A DNA stretch of 29,372 nt from a virus (lineage: Duplodnaviria > Caudoviricetes), in the IMG/VR virus record IMGVR_UViG_3300025892_000098, positions 1 through 29,372 of that record. One strand, 5' to 3'. Below are positions 6,220 to 15,076 of this stretch, piece after piece. The position numbers and the translations under genes were made by a program. A model generated the notes under the pieces. The model ran no database searches. It was not told the DNA's origin and worked only from the letters and a program-made list of their open reading frames with translations. Position 1 is the first letter of the stretch; every line of letters starts with the position of its first letter.

Positions 6220-6793
6220 TTCTTTCTCCTTTTATAGTTAGCCAATCAGCTAATAAATGAATCCTGTCTATTTCAGAATTATTTTTAACTTCATGAAGTT
6301 TTTGATTATTATTAATTTCAAATATCTCACCTTCTTTTATATTTTTATCTTCCCCACCTACAATGAATCTTACTTCATCATCAGTGATAATAGCTAAATG
6401 AGTTCTTTTAACAAGATCAAAATAAGCATCTTGATTATCTACATGGGGACCAATGATAGACCTAGAAGGTAGGTTAATCAACAATGCGCTTGTAATAAAA
6501 CCTTCACCGTATTTATCTGTAAAAATTTGTGAAAGAGAATCTAACTCTGTTTTATATTTTTCTGCTTCAGGCCAAAACTTTCTATTGTCTTTTTCTAAAT
6601 TTCTTTGATTGTGCTTGTCCATTTCATTCCATATCAAAGGTATGGTTTTTGTATTCATGTGGACTATATAATTTTTTTGTCTATAGTCGTATTTATGCCA
6701 GTCTTCTTTTGTATACGACAAGACTTTTTCTTTTAAACTATTGATATTATTGTATTTTTTTACAAAAATAAAACTTTTAGGTATAAGAGACAA
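6212..6793 (-). CDS. Aspartyl/asparaginyl beta-hydroxylase-like 2OG-Fe(II) dioxygenase
   Basis: I.PHVD (HxD), RTHLAI, GEIFEINN..LHEVKN....RIHL..D: the cupin facial triad plus the 2OG-binding Arg. Confidence 0.85.
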   Translation of the reverse strand: MSLIPKSFIFVKKYNNINSLKEKVLSYTKEDWHKYDYRQKNYIVHMNTKTIPLIWNEMDKHNQRNLEKDNRKFWPEAEKYKTELDSLSQIFTDKYGEGFITSALLINLPSRSIIGPHVDNQDAYFDLVKRTHLAIITDDEVRFIVGGEDKNIKEGEIFEINNNQKLHEVKNNSEIDRIHLLADWLTIKGERNE

Positions 6794-6794
6794 A

Positions 6795-6932
6795 TTATCC
6801 TTTTCCTTGGCCTTTATAACGTCGGGTCCGTTTCTGTCTTTTCTCGTTTTTATTTAATGATTTCTTATGTTTTCGAGGCCCACGTTTTTTAGGCTTATCT
6901 CTTGTCTCAAATGATTTAAACTTTCTAGCCAT
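6795..6932 (-). CDS. Small highly basic protein ending YKGQGKG (45 aa; not in the ORF track)
   Basis: MARKFKSFETRDKPKKRGPRKHKKSLNKNEKRQKRTRRYKGQGKG; TAATG coupling; fills the gap exactly. Confidence 0.7.
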   Translation of the reverse strand: MARKFKSFETRDKPKKRGPRKHKKSLNKNEKRQKRTRRYKGQGKG

Positions 6933-7159
6933 TATTCAATATAATTATCTTTTATCCATTTCTTATCAGATTCATCTAATTTAATATATCTAATTTTTCC
7001 ATTAATATGTTGTTTTGTATCATGGCCACAGTTAGTACATCTATAAAAATCTGTAACAATAGCAACTAAAATTGCTTTTTCCTCACATTCCTCACATACT
7101 CCATGTACTGTATCTATTTTTTGAAAATACTTTATTGCTTTCTTATCTATTATACTCAT
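6932..7159 (-). CDS. Zinc-ribbon protein (75 aa)
   Basis: CEEC...CTNC pair; ATGA coupling. Confidence 0.7.
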   Translation of the reverse strand: MSIIDKKAIKYFQKIDTVHGVCEECEEKAILVAIVTDFYRCTNCGHDTKQHINGKIRYIKLDESDKKWIKDNYIE

Positions 7160-7632
7160 ACTAAATCTTTTGCTTTACCTATAATTGGTTTGTATTTAAC
7201 TCTTTTCTCCTCTCTATAAGCATGCATGAACTGTCTTCTTGGCTGATATGGTATATAACTTGCATGTATCCATCCCGAGTTGGGTTCTCCTGGAGTATAG
7301 AACTCAAGAATCAATTGATCTGTTTCACAGTTCATATGGACCCAGTCAGCTACTTCAGCATTGTCAACACCTATACATTCGAAGTCAACAGCCTCAGCTT
7401 TTGCATGCTGCGATTTTTTAGAGCTACCGATTGCTTCACATAACTCTTCACTACGATATCCTGACGTGACCTTGACTCTTCCGAAATGATCTCTGACCGG
7501 TTGCAATACATTTTCACATAATGCTTTTAGTTTTTCTACTTGATCACTATTAGGATTATTATCTATACCTTTACGTATAGCTGTATCTGATTTGATCAGC
7601 TCTTGAAGAGTAAAATTTTGTGAAAGGTTCAT
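7156..7632 (-). CDS. Peptidase M15A-family endolysin
   Basis: LS.NF.L.E, VTSGYRS, SQH....AVD and WIH.S zinc-peptidase motifs. Confidence 0.9.
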   Translation of the reverse strand: MNLSQNFTLQELIKSDTAIRKGIDNNPNSDQVEKLKALCENVLQPVRDHFGRVKVTSGYRSEELCEAIGSSKKSQHAKAEAVDFECIGVDNAEVADWVHMNCETDQLILEFYTPGEPNSGWIHASYIPYQPRRQFMHAYREEKRVKYKPIIGKAKDLV

Positions 7633-7856
7633 TATTTTTCTTTGATAATTTTTTTAATAGATTTTGATCCATCGATGTTCGACTCGAGTTCTGCTTCTAC
7701 CTTTCCACACATATATTGAACATTAACATTTTGCTCACGTTCTGCAAGTCTTTTTCCTTTTAAACAATCGCTCATTGATTGCTGTATTCTATGTTCTTTT
7801 AATTCACCTGCTATAAACATACAAAGAGCAACTACGCTACTGATGACTGTTTCCAT
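7632..7856 (-). CDS. Hypothetical protein with hydrophobic N-terminus (74 aa), in the lysis block
   Basis: ORF track; VISSVVALCMFIAG segment; coupled to the endolysin gene. Confidence 0.65.
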   Translation of the reverse strand: METVISSVVALCMFIAGELKEHRIQQSMSDCLKGKRLAEREQNVNVQYMCGKVEAELESNIDGSKSIKKIIKEK

Positions 7857-8250
7857 TTTCTCTTACCTTATCTTTTAGTTTCTCAATATCATGTAACATT
7901 TTTTCAATTTGTTTTTCCATAAACTCTATTCTTAATTTGTTACTTGTATTCATTTCTTGGTTCTTAGTTAATTTCTCCGTGGCCTTATACAAATCCTCAA
8001 TCAACATGAATTGCTCAGAATCTGCGGGCAATGAACCCATTAATCCTCTTGGCCATTTGATTCTAAATTCAGTATTTTTTTCAAGATCAGATTCCATTAA
8101 TTGTAATCTTGTGTTATGTGTGTTTTGCGTTTCAATAACACCGAAGTATGCCCAGGTGCCGATTGCTACTAACCCAATCAAACTGGCAACCGTCTTCATA
8201 GGCATCTGAACTGCAGCCTCTTCTGATATTTTTAATGGTTTGTTACTCAT
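7837..8250 (-). CDS. Single-pass membrane coiled-coil protein (137 aa), possibly lysis-associated
   Basis: TM segment VASLIGLVAIGTWAYFGVI followed by two heptad helices. Confidence 0.7.
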   Translation of the reverse strand: MSNKPLKISEEAAVQMPMKTVASLIGLVAIGTWAYFGVIETQNTHNTRLQLMESDLEKNTEFRIKWPRGLMGSLPADSEQFMLIEDLYKATEKLTKNQEMNTSNKLRIEFMEKQIEKMLHDIEKLKDKVRENGNSHQ

Positions 8251-8404
8251 TTTCGTATGTTATGTCCGTACTGTGATCTTTTTCTTTTTTGTACGTTCTT
8301 TTGCAAGTACACTTTTCGCAGGTGCACACACCATATTCATCTGCGTGAAGATCATTATCTTCACCGCAATGACAAGGATGAAAACATGTCTTGCAAGTGG
8401 TCAT
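8243..8404 (-). CDS. Cys/His-rich metallothionein-like peptide (53 aa; not in the ORF track)
   Basis: MTTCKTCFHPCHCGEDNDLHADEYGVCTCEKCTCKRTYKKEKDHSTDITYENE: 8 Cys in CxxC/CxC clusters and 4 His; abuts neighbours on both sides. Confidence 0.7.
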   Translation of the reverse strand: MTTCKTCFHPCHCGEDNDLHADEYGVCTCEKCTCKRTYKKEKDHSTDITYENE

Positions 8405-8488
8405 TTAACTAGACCAAACCCACTTTATAAATTTTTTCCAGGGCCAGCAAATTATATTCCAAACCCATTTTAAAGTTTTTTTAATCAT
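8405..8488 (-). CDS. Trp-rich cationic amphipathic peptide (27 aa; not in the ORF track)
   Basis: MIKKTLKWVWNIICWPWKKFIKWVWSS; GAGGAG RBS; stop directly abuts the next ATG. Confidence 0.65.
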   Translation of the reverse strand: MIKKTLKWVWNIICWPWKKFIKWVWSS

Positions 8489-9131
8489 TTTTTTTCTCCT
8501 CTATTTCATAGAAGAACTTATCCGTATCTTCTGTACGCCAAGCTCCGCTATCTTCTACGTTCCATTCGTTAGTTTGCACTTTCCAGTCAGGAATATTATC
8601 TTTCACAGTGAAAGAAGGTAAATCCCATATACATCTATTGTTAGGTTGTGCTGCAAAATTGCCATCATCTAAGGCAATTATGTGAGCGCACTTATGTTCG
8701 TGCGGTATTTCCGAATGGTCGGTATCTAGTATATTAGCATCTGGGTGAGCCCAGTCAATAGTAAATAAATATGCACCATAGTGTTTCTTTTTATCTTTCC
8801 CAAAATAATAACCTGAAGCTGCGCTTAAAATAGACCAATGAGTGATAGTAGGATAGTAAGAAAAACAATTCCAAAGCTCCAATTCATCAAGTCTTCTTGT
8901 GGGCACTCCGGATGGTTCAAATCCCTTTTGAATAAACGCGCTAATTGGCAGGCGATAAAATATTGCACCGTTACCCATAAGAGCGTGAAATAGTATAGCA
9001 CGGCCCCCCATACTAGTAATGCCAAAGATAATACACTCTTCAACTTCTCCATGGCCTTTTTTAAGATCATATAAATATTCCTTCCTAATTTGTGCGTAAA
9101 TAGTTGGTATGTTTGCGTTTAGATAAGCCAT
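8481..9131 (-). CDS. Conserved phage protein of unknown function (MAYLNANIP..., 216 aa)
   Basis: ORF track; GAGGAG RBS; GAIFYRLPISAF, EHKCAH and AQPNNR segments resemble a recurring marine-phage family. Confidence 0.75.
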   Translation of the reverse strand: MAYLNANIPTIYAQIRKEYLYDLKKGHGEVEECIIFGITSMGGRAILFHALMGNGAIFYRLPISAFIQKGFEPSGVPTRRLDELELWNCFSYYPTITHWSILSAASGYYFGKDKKKHYGAYLFTIDWAHPDANILDTDHSEIPHEHKCAHIIALDDGNFAAQPNNRCIWDLPSFTVKDNIPDWKVQTNEWNVEDSGAWRTEDTDKFFYEIEEKKND

Positions 9132-9140
9132 AATTACTCC

Positions 9141-11015
9141 TCATTTTACATCACCCCATGTAGGGCCTTTTTCATAATCAACTTTATTTTTGACAGAAAG
9201 TTTAACTGCATCTTGCATAATTGCAATAATTTTTTGAGCCTGGTGTTCTGATTCAACAGATATATCAAGTTCATCATGTACTTGTATATGTGGTGTAATA
9301 CCTTCATTATATAAATCTAACATAGCTTGCTTGGTCATATCTGCCGCAGAACCCTGTATTAATTTATTTAAAGCTTTGTAAGTATAAGCTCTTCTAATTC
9401 TATCTTCACCATATTTTCCTCTAGCTTCTTCATAGGTCATAGGTGCTCTTAATTCTCCTGGAGCAAACCTTGCTTCTTCCCATTTATCAAATCTACAAAC
9501 TCTACCTGCAATGGTTTGAATCTCTCCGTCTCTCTGTGAATCTCTCATAGTTGCATCCATCAAACCTTTTACAAAAGGTACACTGTCATGATAGTTATTA
9601 AAAAGTTTATCAGCTTCCTCTTTACTTTCTAAGTCTAAAGACTGCTGAAGTTTTGCTTTTCCCATTCCATAAAATAAACCTAAGTTAATAGTCTTAGCCT
9701 CTTTTCTTTTTATGTTTGCAAGTTTAGCAACCATTCCATGGAAATCCATTTTGGGGTCTTTATTAAACTTAGAAACCATTTCAGTTACAGACTCAGAATT
9801 TTTTAAGATAGGGTGTTCAGCTGCGTAGTGTAAAACTAATCTTGGTTCTTGCTGTGAATAGTCAAAACAACCCCAATCACAACCTTGTTCTGGTATAAAT
9901 AGACCACGAATTGCAGGACCTAACAAATTGTTTCTTGCAGGTATTTGTTGTAAGTTTGGATTAGAATATGAAAAACGTCCGGTTACAGTTCCACCTGCGT
10001 CTGATCTTAATTGATTTATGTCAGCATGAATACGTCCATTGTGCTCATGTTTTAATATTGTATCTATAAAAGTTGTGTGCGCTTTGTTTAATTCTCTAGC
10101 TTCTGCAATGTTTTTTACCACTGGATTTTCATGGTTTTCTAGTGTAGCTTTTGTAAATGATGGCGCGTTACTTTTTGCAGTTCTGGAATAAGGTAGTCCA
10201 AGGTTGTCAAATACTTTGGCGATCGATCTTGCTGCCCATATCTGCACTTCTACTCCTGTTACTTGCTTCACTTTTGCAAGGCATAGCCCTTCTCTTTTCT
10301 CTAGCACATGTTTCAGTTGAATCGCTTTATCGACGTCTACTCGAACGCCCTTAAATTTCATATCTACCAACATAGGAAACAAACTTGTTTCTAAGTTAAA
10401 TATTCTTTGTAAGTTTTGATCTCTTATTTGACCTGAAAATTTTTTAAACAATTGTAAAGTTAGTTCAGCATCCGCTTCAGCATATGCTCCAACCATTGAT
10501 GCAGGGAGTTTATACATTTCAGATTTTGCATCTATGCCAGCTTTGTCTGCTGCATCTTGTAAAGCTTTTTCATTCTTAACCTTACCTAATTCTATAAAAG
10601 ATAATGAATTCAATGAGTAATACAACCTGTTTTCATCTAGTACAGCCGCCATCATCATTGTATCTACAATAATTCCATTTATCTTTACGCCGTATTTTCT
10701 TAACCAACATACGTCATACATTGCATTATGAAATATTTTAGGACACGGTAAAGCACAAATACTTTTAACCCATTTCATTACAGATTCTTTAGCAAAAAAA
10801 TTACCTTGCTCATGACCAAAAGAATAATATCCGGACCAACCATCTACCGCAACAGCTACTCCAATTATTTCACCATCACCTCTTACAGAACCTGAACCCA
10901 TCTTTTTTAGGTTTGGATCTTTTGTCTCTAAGTCAATTGCTATGTATTTATAACTACTTAAATCTTTAAATTCGTCTGGTGAGTTCCACATTTCTTCGTT
11001 AAATAAATTCTCCAT
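9141..11015 (-). CDS. polA: Family A DNA polymerase with 3'-5' exonuclease domain, Leu762 type
   Basis: ExoI AIDLET, ExoII FHNAMYD, ExoIII YAEAD; TGRFS...PNLQQIP; motif A DYSQQEPR; motif B KTINLGLFYG; motif C QVHDEL. Confidence 0.97.
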   Translation of the reverse strand: MENLFNEEMWNSPDEFKDLSSYKYIAIDLETKDPNLKKMGSGSVRGDGEIIGVAVAVDGWSGYYSFGHEQGNFFAKESVMKWVKSICALPCPKIFHNAMYDVCWLRKYGVKINGIIVDTMMMAAVLDENRLYYSLNSLSFIELGKVKNEKALQDAADKAGIDAKSEMYKLPASMVGAYAEADAELTLQLFKKFSGQIRDQNLQRIFNLETSLFPMLVDMKFKGVRVDVDKAIQLKHVLEKREGLCLAKVKQVTGVEVQIWAARSIAKVFDNLGLPYSRTAKSNAPSFTKATLENHENPVVKNIAEARELNKAHTTFIDTILKHEHNGRIHADINQLRSDAGGTVTGRFSYSNPNLQQIPARNNLLGPAIRGLFIPEQGCDWGCFDYSQQEPRLVLHYAAEHPILKNSESVTEMVSKFNKDPKMDFHGMVAKLANIKRKEAKTINLGLFYGMGKAKLQQSLDLESKEEADKLFNNYHDSVPFVKGLMDATMRDSQRDGEIQTIAGRVCRFDKWEEARFAPGELRAPMTYEEARGKYGEDRIRRAYTYKALNKLIQGSAADMTKQAMLDLYNEGITPHIQVHDELDISVESEHQAQKIIAIMQDAVKLSVKNKVDYEKGPTWGDVK

Positions 11016-11220
11016 AATCCCTTTCTAGAATCATTTCTAAATAATGTATTGCCTTTTTAATATCGTAGTGTTTTCCTTTCCTAGAATGTCTGCAGATATA
11101 TTTTATAGCGTTACCTTCTGCAAAAAGCAACTTGTTTTGATTTACAAACTCTGCTGGTTGAATCTTAAAATCTTGATAGTGATTCCCCTGAACTTGTTTG
11201 TCTAGTGATTTATATGACAT
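10999..11220 (-). CDS. DUF3310 / SaV-like (T7 gp1.7-related) protein; start revised to ATG at 11220
   Basis: QV.GNHY, IQP.EF, F.EGNAIKY..R...KG...DIKKA.HYLE signature; GGAGG RBS. Confidence 0.85.
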   Translation of the reverse strand: MSYKSLDKQVQGNHYQDFKIQPAEFVNQNKLLFAEGNAIKYICRHSRKGKHYDIKKAIHYLEMILERDYGEFI

Positions 11221-12754
11221 ACCCTGTACCCTCCTCTGATTGTAGTAAATAAAGTCTTTGTTTAGCACGTGTGACACCTACAAAAAATAATCTATGTTCA
11301 TTATCTGGTGATTTTTCAAACTCACCTTCAATAAAATTACTTTGATATTCATCTGCACCAAAATCTGTAAATAAAACTACGTTCTCACATTCTTTTCCTT
11401 TCGATCCATGTAGAGTCATTATCTTTATGTCAGCTTCTTTCATAAGATCATAATTATTTTGTATCAAATGTTTCATAAAAACTTTTGTATCTTCATCAAA
11501 GTCAAGATGCTCCCAACTACCTTCAACAAGTAAGCCATGATCTTTCTTTAGTTCTTCTAGAGTCACAGAAAAAACACTGTCTAAAGTTTTACCGCTGGCA
11601 AAACCTCTTTGTAGATGACCTAGTTTTACTTTTAAAAAAGAATACATTACCTTGACATCTTTTGAATCAATACTTGCACCGTTGTTTAATCTTTTCCAGG
11701 TGGAAAATGCTAACATAGAATTTTTATCTAAGTATTTATCACCTACAAACTCATACCTTAAACCTTTCATATACAAATGGTCCCTTGCTTTCTCACAAAG
11801 TTTATTGGTTCTACCGAGTATCATCCATTTACCTTTTGAAAAGTCTATGTTTTCTAATGATGTTTCGTAATTGACTTCACCTTCCTCGTCTCTCGCTTCC
11901 CAATTCTTTGTCCTACGTTCATTGAGTCTATCTAATATATTTAAAGCCACTCGATGCACGCTTCTAGGTACTCGTCTCGATTTAACTTGTTCGTCGATAG
12001 TTCCTTCTAGATTTATAAATGTAGATGCATCAGCACCTTGAAACCCGTAGATAGTTTGATCATCATCACCAGCAATAAAAGATCTTTGACTTAGTTTTTC
12101 TAATTCAAAAAACATATCCCATTGCAACGCGTTTAAGTCTTGAGCTTCATCTAAAAATATAACATCATAAAAACTATCTTTAGTTTTTATCTTATCCGTA
12201 AACAAACCTATCATGTCATAAAATTCTATGACTCCTGTGTCTTTTTTATATTGCGTTAGTGCATCATCTATTTTTTCTGCAATATGTATATCTGACCAAC
12301 CTGCCATACCTTTTTGTATTGCAGCCTCATTCAAAGATATTTTTTTATTTTTTGCATAATCTCTTGTAGTTAAAATTGGATCCTTAAATCTAGTTTTACC
12401 AGTTGTTGAATCAATACTAATATCAGTATTTAATTTAGCTGCCATTGGTTCATAAAGTTTAAATTGATTCCATTGACTATTACCTCTTAATAGTTTTGCA
12501 CTTACATCTATATTTAATTCTCTTACACCTAATGCATGCATAGTTCCTATATATCCAAGTTTTTCTTTAGGAAATAATTCTTCAAATCTTTCAGTAGCTT
12601 CTTCTGCAGCTGCTTTACTAAAAGTAATGTAACAAATTTTTTTAGGATCAGTTTTATTTTCTTTTATTTCTTTGGCCATATAGTGGTTTAATAATCTATA
12701 CGTTTTACCGGTTCCTGGTGGTCCAGGTATTACTGTTCTATTTTTCTTTTCCAC
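11210..12754 (-). CDS. UvrD/Rep-like superfamily 1 helicase
   Basis: GPPGTGKT, LDEAQD, GDDDQTIYGFQGA, TLHGSKGKE and FVGVTRAK motifs. Confidence 0.93.
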   Translation of the reverse strand: MEKKNRTVIPGPPGTGKTYRLLNHYMAKEIKENKTDPKKICYITFSKAAAEEATERFEELFPKEKLGYIGTMHALGVRELNIDVSAKLLRGNSQWNQFKLYEPMAAKLNTDISIDSTTGKTRFKDPILTTRDYAKNKKISLNEAAIQKGMAGWSDIHIAEKIDDALTQYKKDTGVIEFYDMIGLFTDKIKTKDSFYDVIFLDEAQDLNALQWDMFFELEKLSQRSFIAGDDDQTIYGFQGADASTFINLEGTIDEQVKSRRVPRSVHRVALNILDRLNERRTKNWEARDEEGEVNYETSLENIDFSKGKWMILGRTNKLCEKARDHLYMKGLRYEFVGDKYLDKNSMLAFSTWKRLNNGASIDSKDVKVMYSFLKVKLGHLQRGFASGKTLDSVFSVTLEELKKDHGLLVEGSWEHLDFDEDTKVFMKHLIQNNYDLMKEADIKIMTLHGSKGKECENVVLFTDFGADEYQSNFIEGEFEKSPDNEHRLFFVGVTRAKQRLYLLQSEEGTGYVI

Positions 12755-14286
12755 GATGGCTCCTGACTTTCATATTTTGCTTTCTCTGGTTCAACAGATA
12801 CAATCTTTAACATCTTAAAGCAACGCACTGATTTACCGTTTATTTTTGGATAATCCTCTTTAATCTTTAATTGAGTTTGTAGTTTTTGTACTACTACATG
12901 TTTTGGATATCTTTTATCTGGCCATTTATTTTTTACCAAATGTTTCCAAAAATCTTTCATTTTAAAATAACTATAATTATCATCACTGTACGCAACACCT
13001 CTTTGAATGTCATTTATATCTTTACCTCTAACCTTATTTACAAAGTCTTCCATGTATTCTTTTAATTGATTATCTATTTTTAAATCTTCAGTAGCTTTTA
13101 GATCTGTCTCTTGTTTTTCTTGTAAGAGTTTTATTAACATCTTACGCCATATAATTTTAGACATAGGCATTTGTGGTCTATTAATTTGTTCTAAACACGC
13201 CATTGAAAATTTATCTGGCTCGTGAAGAACTGCAGTTTCAACCATTACTGTTTGTCCATCAATATCACAAAAGAATAATGGTGGGTCCGAATTATATTTT
13301 CTGATTGCAGATATAGTTTGTACCGGTGCATCATCATCACCTACACCATATTTTTTTGTTACACACAGTTTAGAATTACAAAAAGATACTAAAGGTTCAT
13401 CTTTACATTTATAAAAATAATCTTTGTTATCTAATGACTCTTGAGTCTTAACAAGTTCTGATGCATTGATAGGTGGTTTAAAATATTTTAAATTGTAATG
13501 ATTCATTTTCTTTTTCCAAAGATCGTCTTCAGAAAATCTTTTCTTTACGTACACTCCTACATTATACATAGTTTCATTTCTCATTCCTTCACCAACACCT
13601 TCAGATAAAAGCGTAACTAAACATGGTGGCATTTCAAGAAAATCATCTTCTTCTGTTTCTTTTAATTTTAAATTATTAAATTGATCTACACTTAAAACAT
13701 TTTTTTCATAGTGTTCAAAAAACGTTTCGATATCTAATATTGGTTCACCATTATTATTGAATGCATATCTAACTGTATTTTCTAAGTTGTGATAAGGTAA
13801 GTTTAAAAAACTACCTACATCACCACGATCAATATTTATCTTTTCTTGTTTTGGAAATATCTCTGCTCTTGCATGACCAATAGCTGAAGCATATGTTTTT
13901 AATTTATCTCTCATCATAACTGCAGGCACAGGTTCTTTTGTAAATAAAAATAAATGTGCACCACCAGATTTTGATCTAAATACTGTTAGTGGTATTTTTT
14001 TCTTTTTTAAATCATTTACTATTTCTTTGTGATCTAAAGGATATACATCCCAGTCAATACATCCCCATATACAAGTATTGTCTCTTCTTATTGGAATTAT
14101 ACCTAATGCAGGTTCTGTTCCTTTTAAATGATCTTGCCACATTTTATCTGTAGGCGGCTCAGTAATTGTTTTAGACCTAGTAATGCTTTTACCTTTTGCA
14201 GATACCTCACCTGTTTTACGAGTCTCACCTCTAGCTATGTCTAAGCCTTCAAATATACTTTTAAATTTTTTTAATATGTCTGTCAT
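12730..14286 (-). CDS. Archaeo-eukaryotic-type (AEP) primase with PriCT-like region
   Basis: CIDWD (DxD), RSKSGGAH, EIFPKQ, LNLPY; PPC...G.GEG.RN. Confidence 0.85.
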   Translation of the reverse strand: MTDILKKFKSIFEGLDIARGETRKTGEVSAKGKSITRSKTITEPPTDKMWQDHLKGTEPALGIIPIRRDNTCIWGCIDWDVYPLDHKEIVNDLKKKKIPLTVFRSKSGGAHLFLFTKEPVPAVMMRDKLKTYASAIGHARAEIFPKQEKINIDRGDVGSFLNLPYHNLENTVRYAFNNNGEPILDIETFFEHYEKNVLSVDQFNNLKLKETEEDDFLEMPPCLVTLLSEGVGEGMRNETMYNVGVYVKKRFSEDDLWKKKMNHYNLKYFKPPINASELVKTQESLDNKDYFYKCKDEPLVSFCNSKLCVTKKYGVGDDDAPVQTISAIRKYNSDPPLFFCDIDGQTVMVETAVLHEPDKFSMACLEQINRPQMPMSKIIWRKMLIKLLQEKQETDLKATEDLKIDNQLKEYMEDFVNKVRGKDINDIQRGVAYSDDNYSYFKMKDFWKHLVKNKWPDKRYPKHVVVQKLQTQLKIKEDYPKINGKSVRCFKMLKIVSVEPEKAKYESQEPSWKRKIEQ

Positions 14287-14310
14287 GTCCTGTCCTGTCT
14301 GTCGATTGCA

Positions 14311-14340
14311 TGGGCGCTTTGAGTCTCCCCTAGGCGCCCA
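14311..14340 (-). other. GC-rich intergenic RNA hairpin with GAGA tetraloop
   Basis: Minus strand TGGGCGC-CTA-GGG-GAGA-CTC-AAA-GCGCCCA; no U-tract follows on the coding strand. Confidence 0.6.
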
Positions 14341-14349
14341 CTTTTCACA

Positions 14350-15075
14350 CTATTTGCCGGCGAATGAGTTGTGAAACTTTTTCGCTCTTTCGTAGAGTGA
14401 TGCGTTATCAATCATAGCACCGCTTACAACATTAAAGCCATACCATTGATTACCTTTTCCACTGTTAAGTACAGAAGACAGGACATATTTATGACTGTAA
14501 GTAGCAGGAGTGAAAGGACCATTTTTGCCTTCAAGTGTAATTGAAGCCATCATTGAATTCCATTTTCTACTCACTTTACCTTGAGAAGAACTCATAGAGA
14601 TTAATGCAGGTTCTGTATTTGCACCATCAACAATTAAAACAAAATGTTGACCAACTGTTAGAATGTAATTACCGTTTTCAAGACGATCTTTACCTCCAGT
14701 ATCTTTAGTTGTTTTAGATAAAATATCAGAATCATGACCAAAAATATTTTCTGGTCTTCCTGAACCTGTACCAAAGTCTGCCCATTCTTGAAACTCAAGT
14801 TTGTAATAGCAGGGTACAACCTCTATTCCTTCAGCACCGTTATAACATTTTTTAGTCACGGTGTTTAGGAACATTCCTGGTTCAGCACCTTCAACGTAAT
14901 TTTGATTACGCTTCTGAGCTTCTCCAGATCCGTTTTGTAAAAGTTTTAGAATTGGTAAAGCCAGATTTTCTGTTCTTACGTTTTCTAAACCTTGTGCTGC
15001 ATCCGCTTCAAATAAAATATCTGAAGGCAGATTTTCTTTTTTTATAGTTACTTGTTTCTCGTTACTCGTTTCCAT
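14350..15075 (-). CDS. Putative single-stranded DNA-binding protein; start revised to ATG at 15075
   Basis: AGGAG RBS before METSNEK; LP.LKLLQ..S and GAEPG.F.NTVT segments; position upstream of the primase. Function is inferred from context. Confidence 0.6.
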   Translation of the reverse strand: METSNEKQVTIKKENLPSDILFEADAAQGLENVRTENLALPILKLLQNGSGEAQKRNQNYVEGAEPGMFLNTVTKKCYNGAEGIEVVPCYYKLEFQEWADFGTGSGRPENIFGHDSDILSKTTKDTGGKDRLENGNYILTVGQHFVLIVDGANTEPALISMSSSQGKVSRKWNSMMASITLEGKNGPFTPATYSHKYVLSSVLNSGKGNQWYGFNVVSGAMIDNASLYERAKKFHNSFAGK

Positions 15076-15076
15076 T

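Noticed and set aside
7632-7856. Possible o-spanin lipoprotein
   Set aside because: VVALC is not a canonical lipobox and there is no basic N-region, so a spanin pair with 7837-8250 is unsupported.
11024-11041. Second ICE-like string TCTAGAATCATTTCTAAA
   Set aside because: One extra base breaks the 7-3-7 spacing, there is a mismatch, and it lies within DUF3310 coding sequence.
14311-14349. Rho-independent terminator call for the hairpin
   Set aside because: No U-tract on the coding (minus) strand; only a short CTTTT on the non-coding strand.
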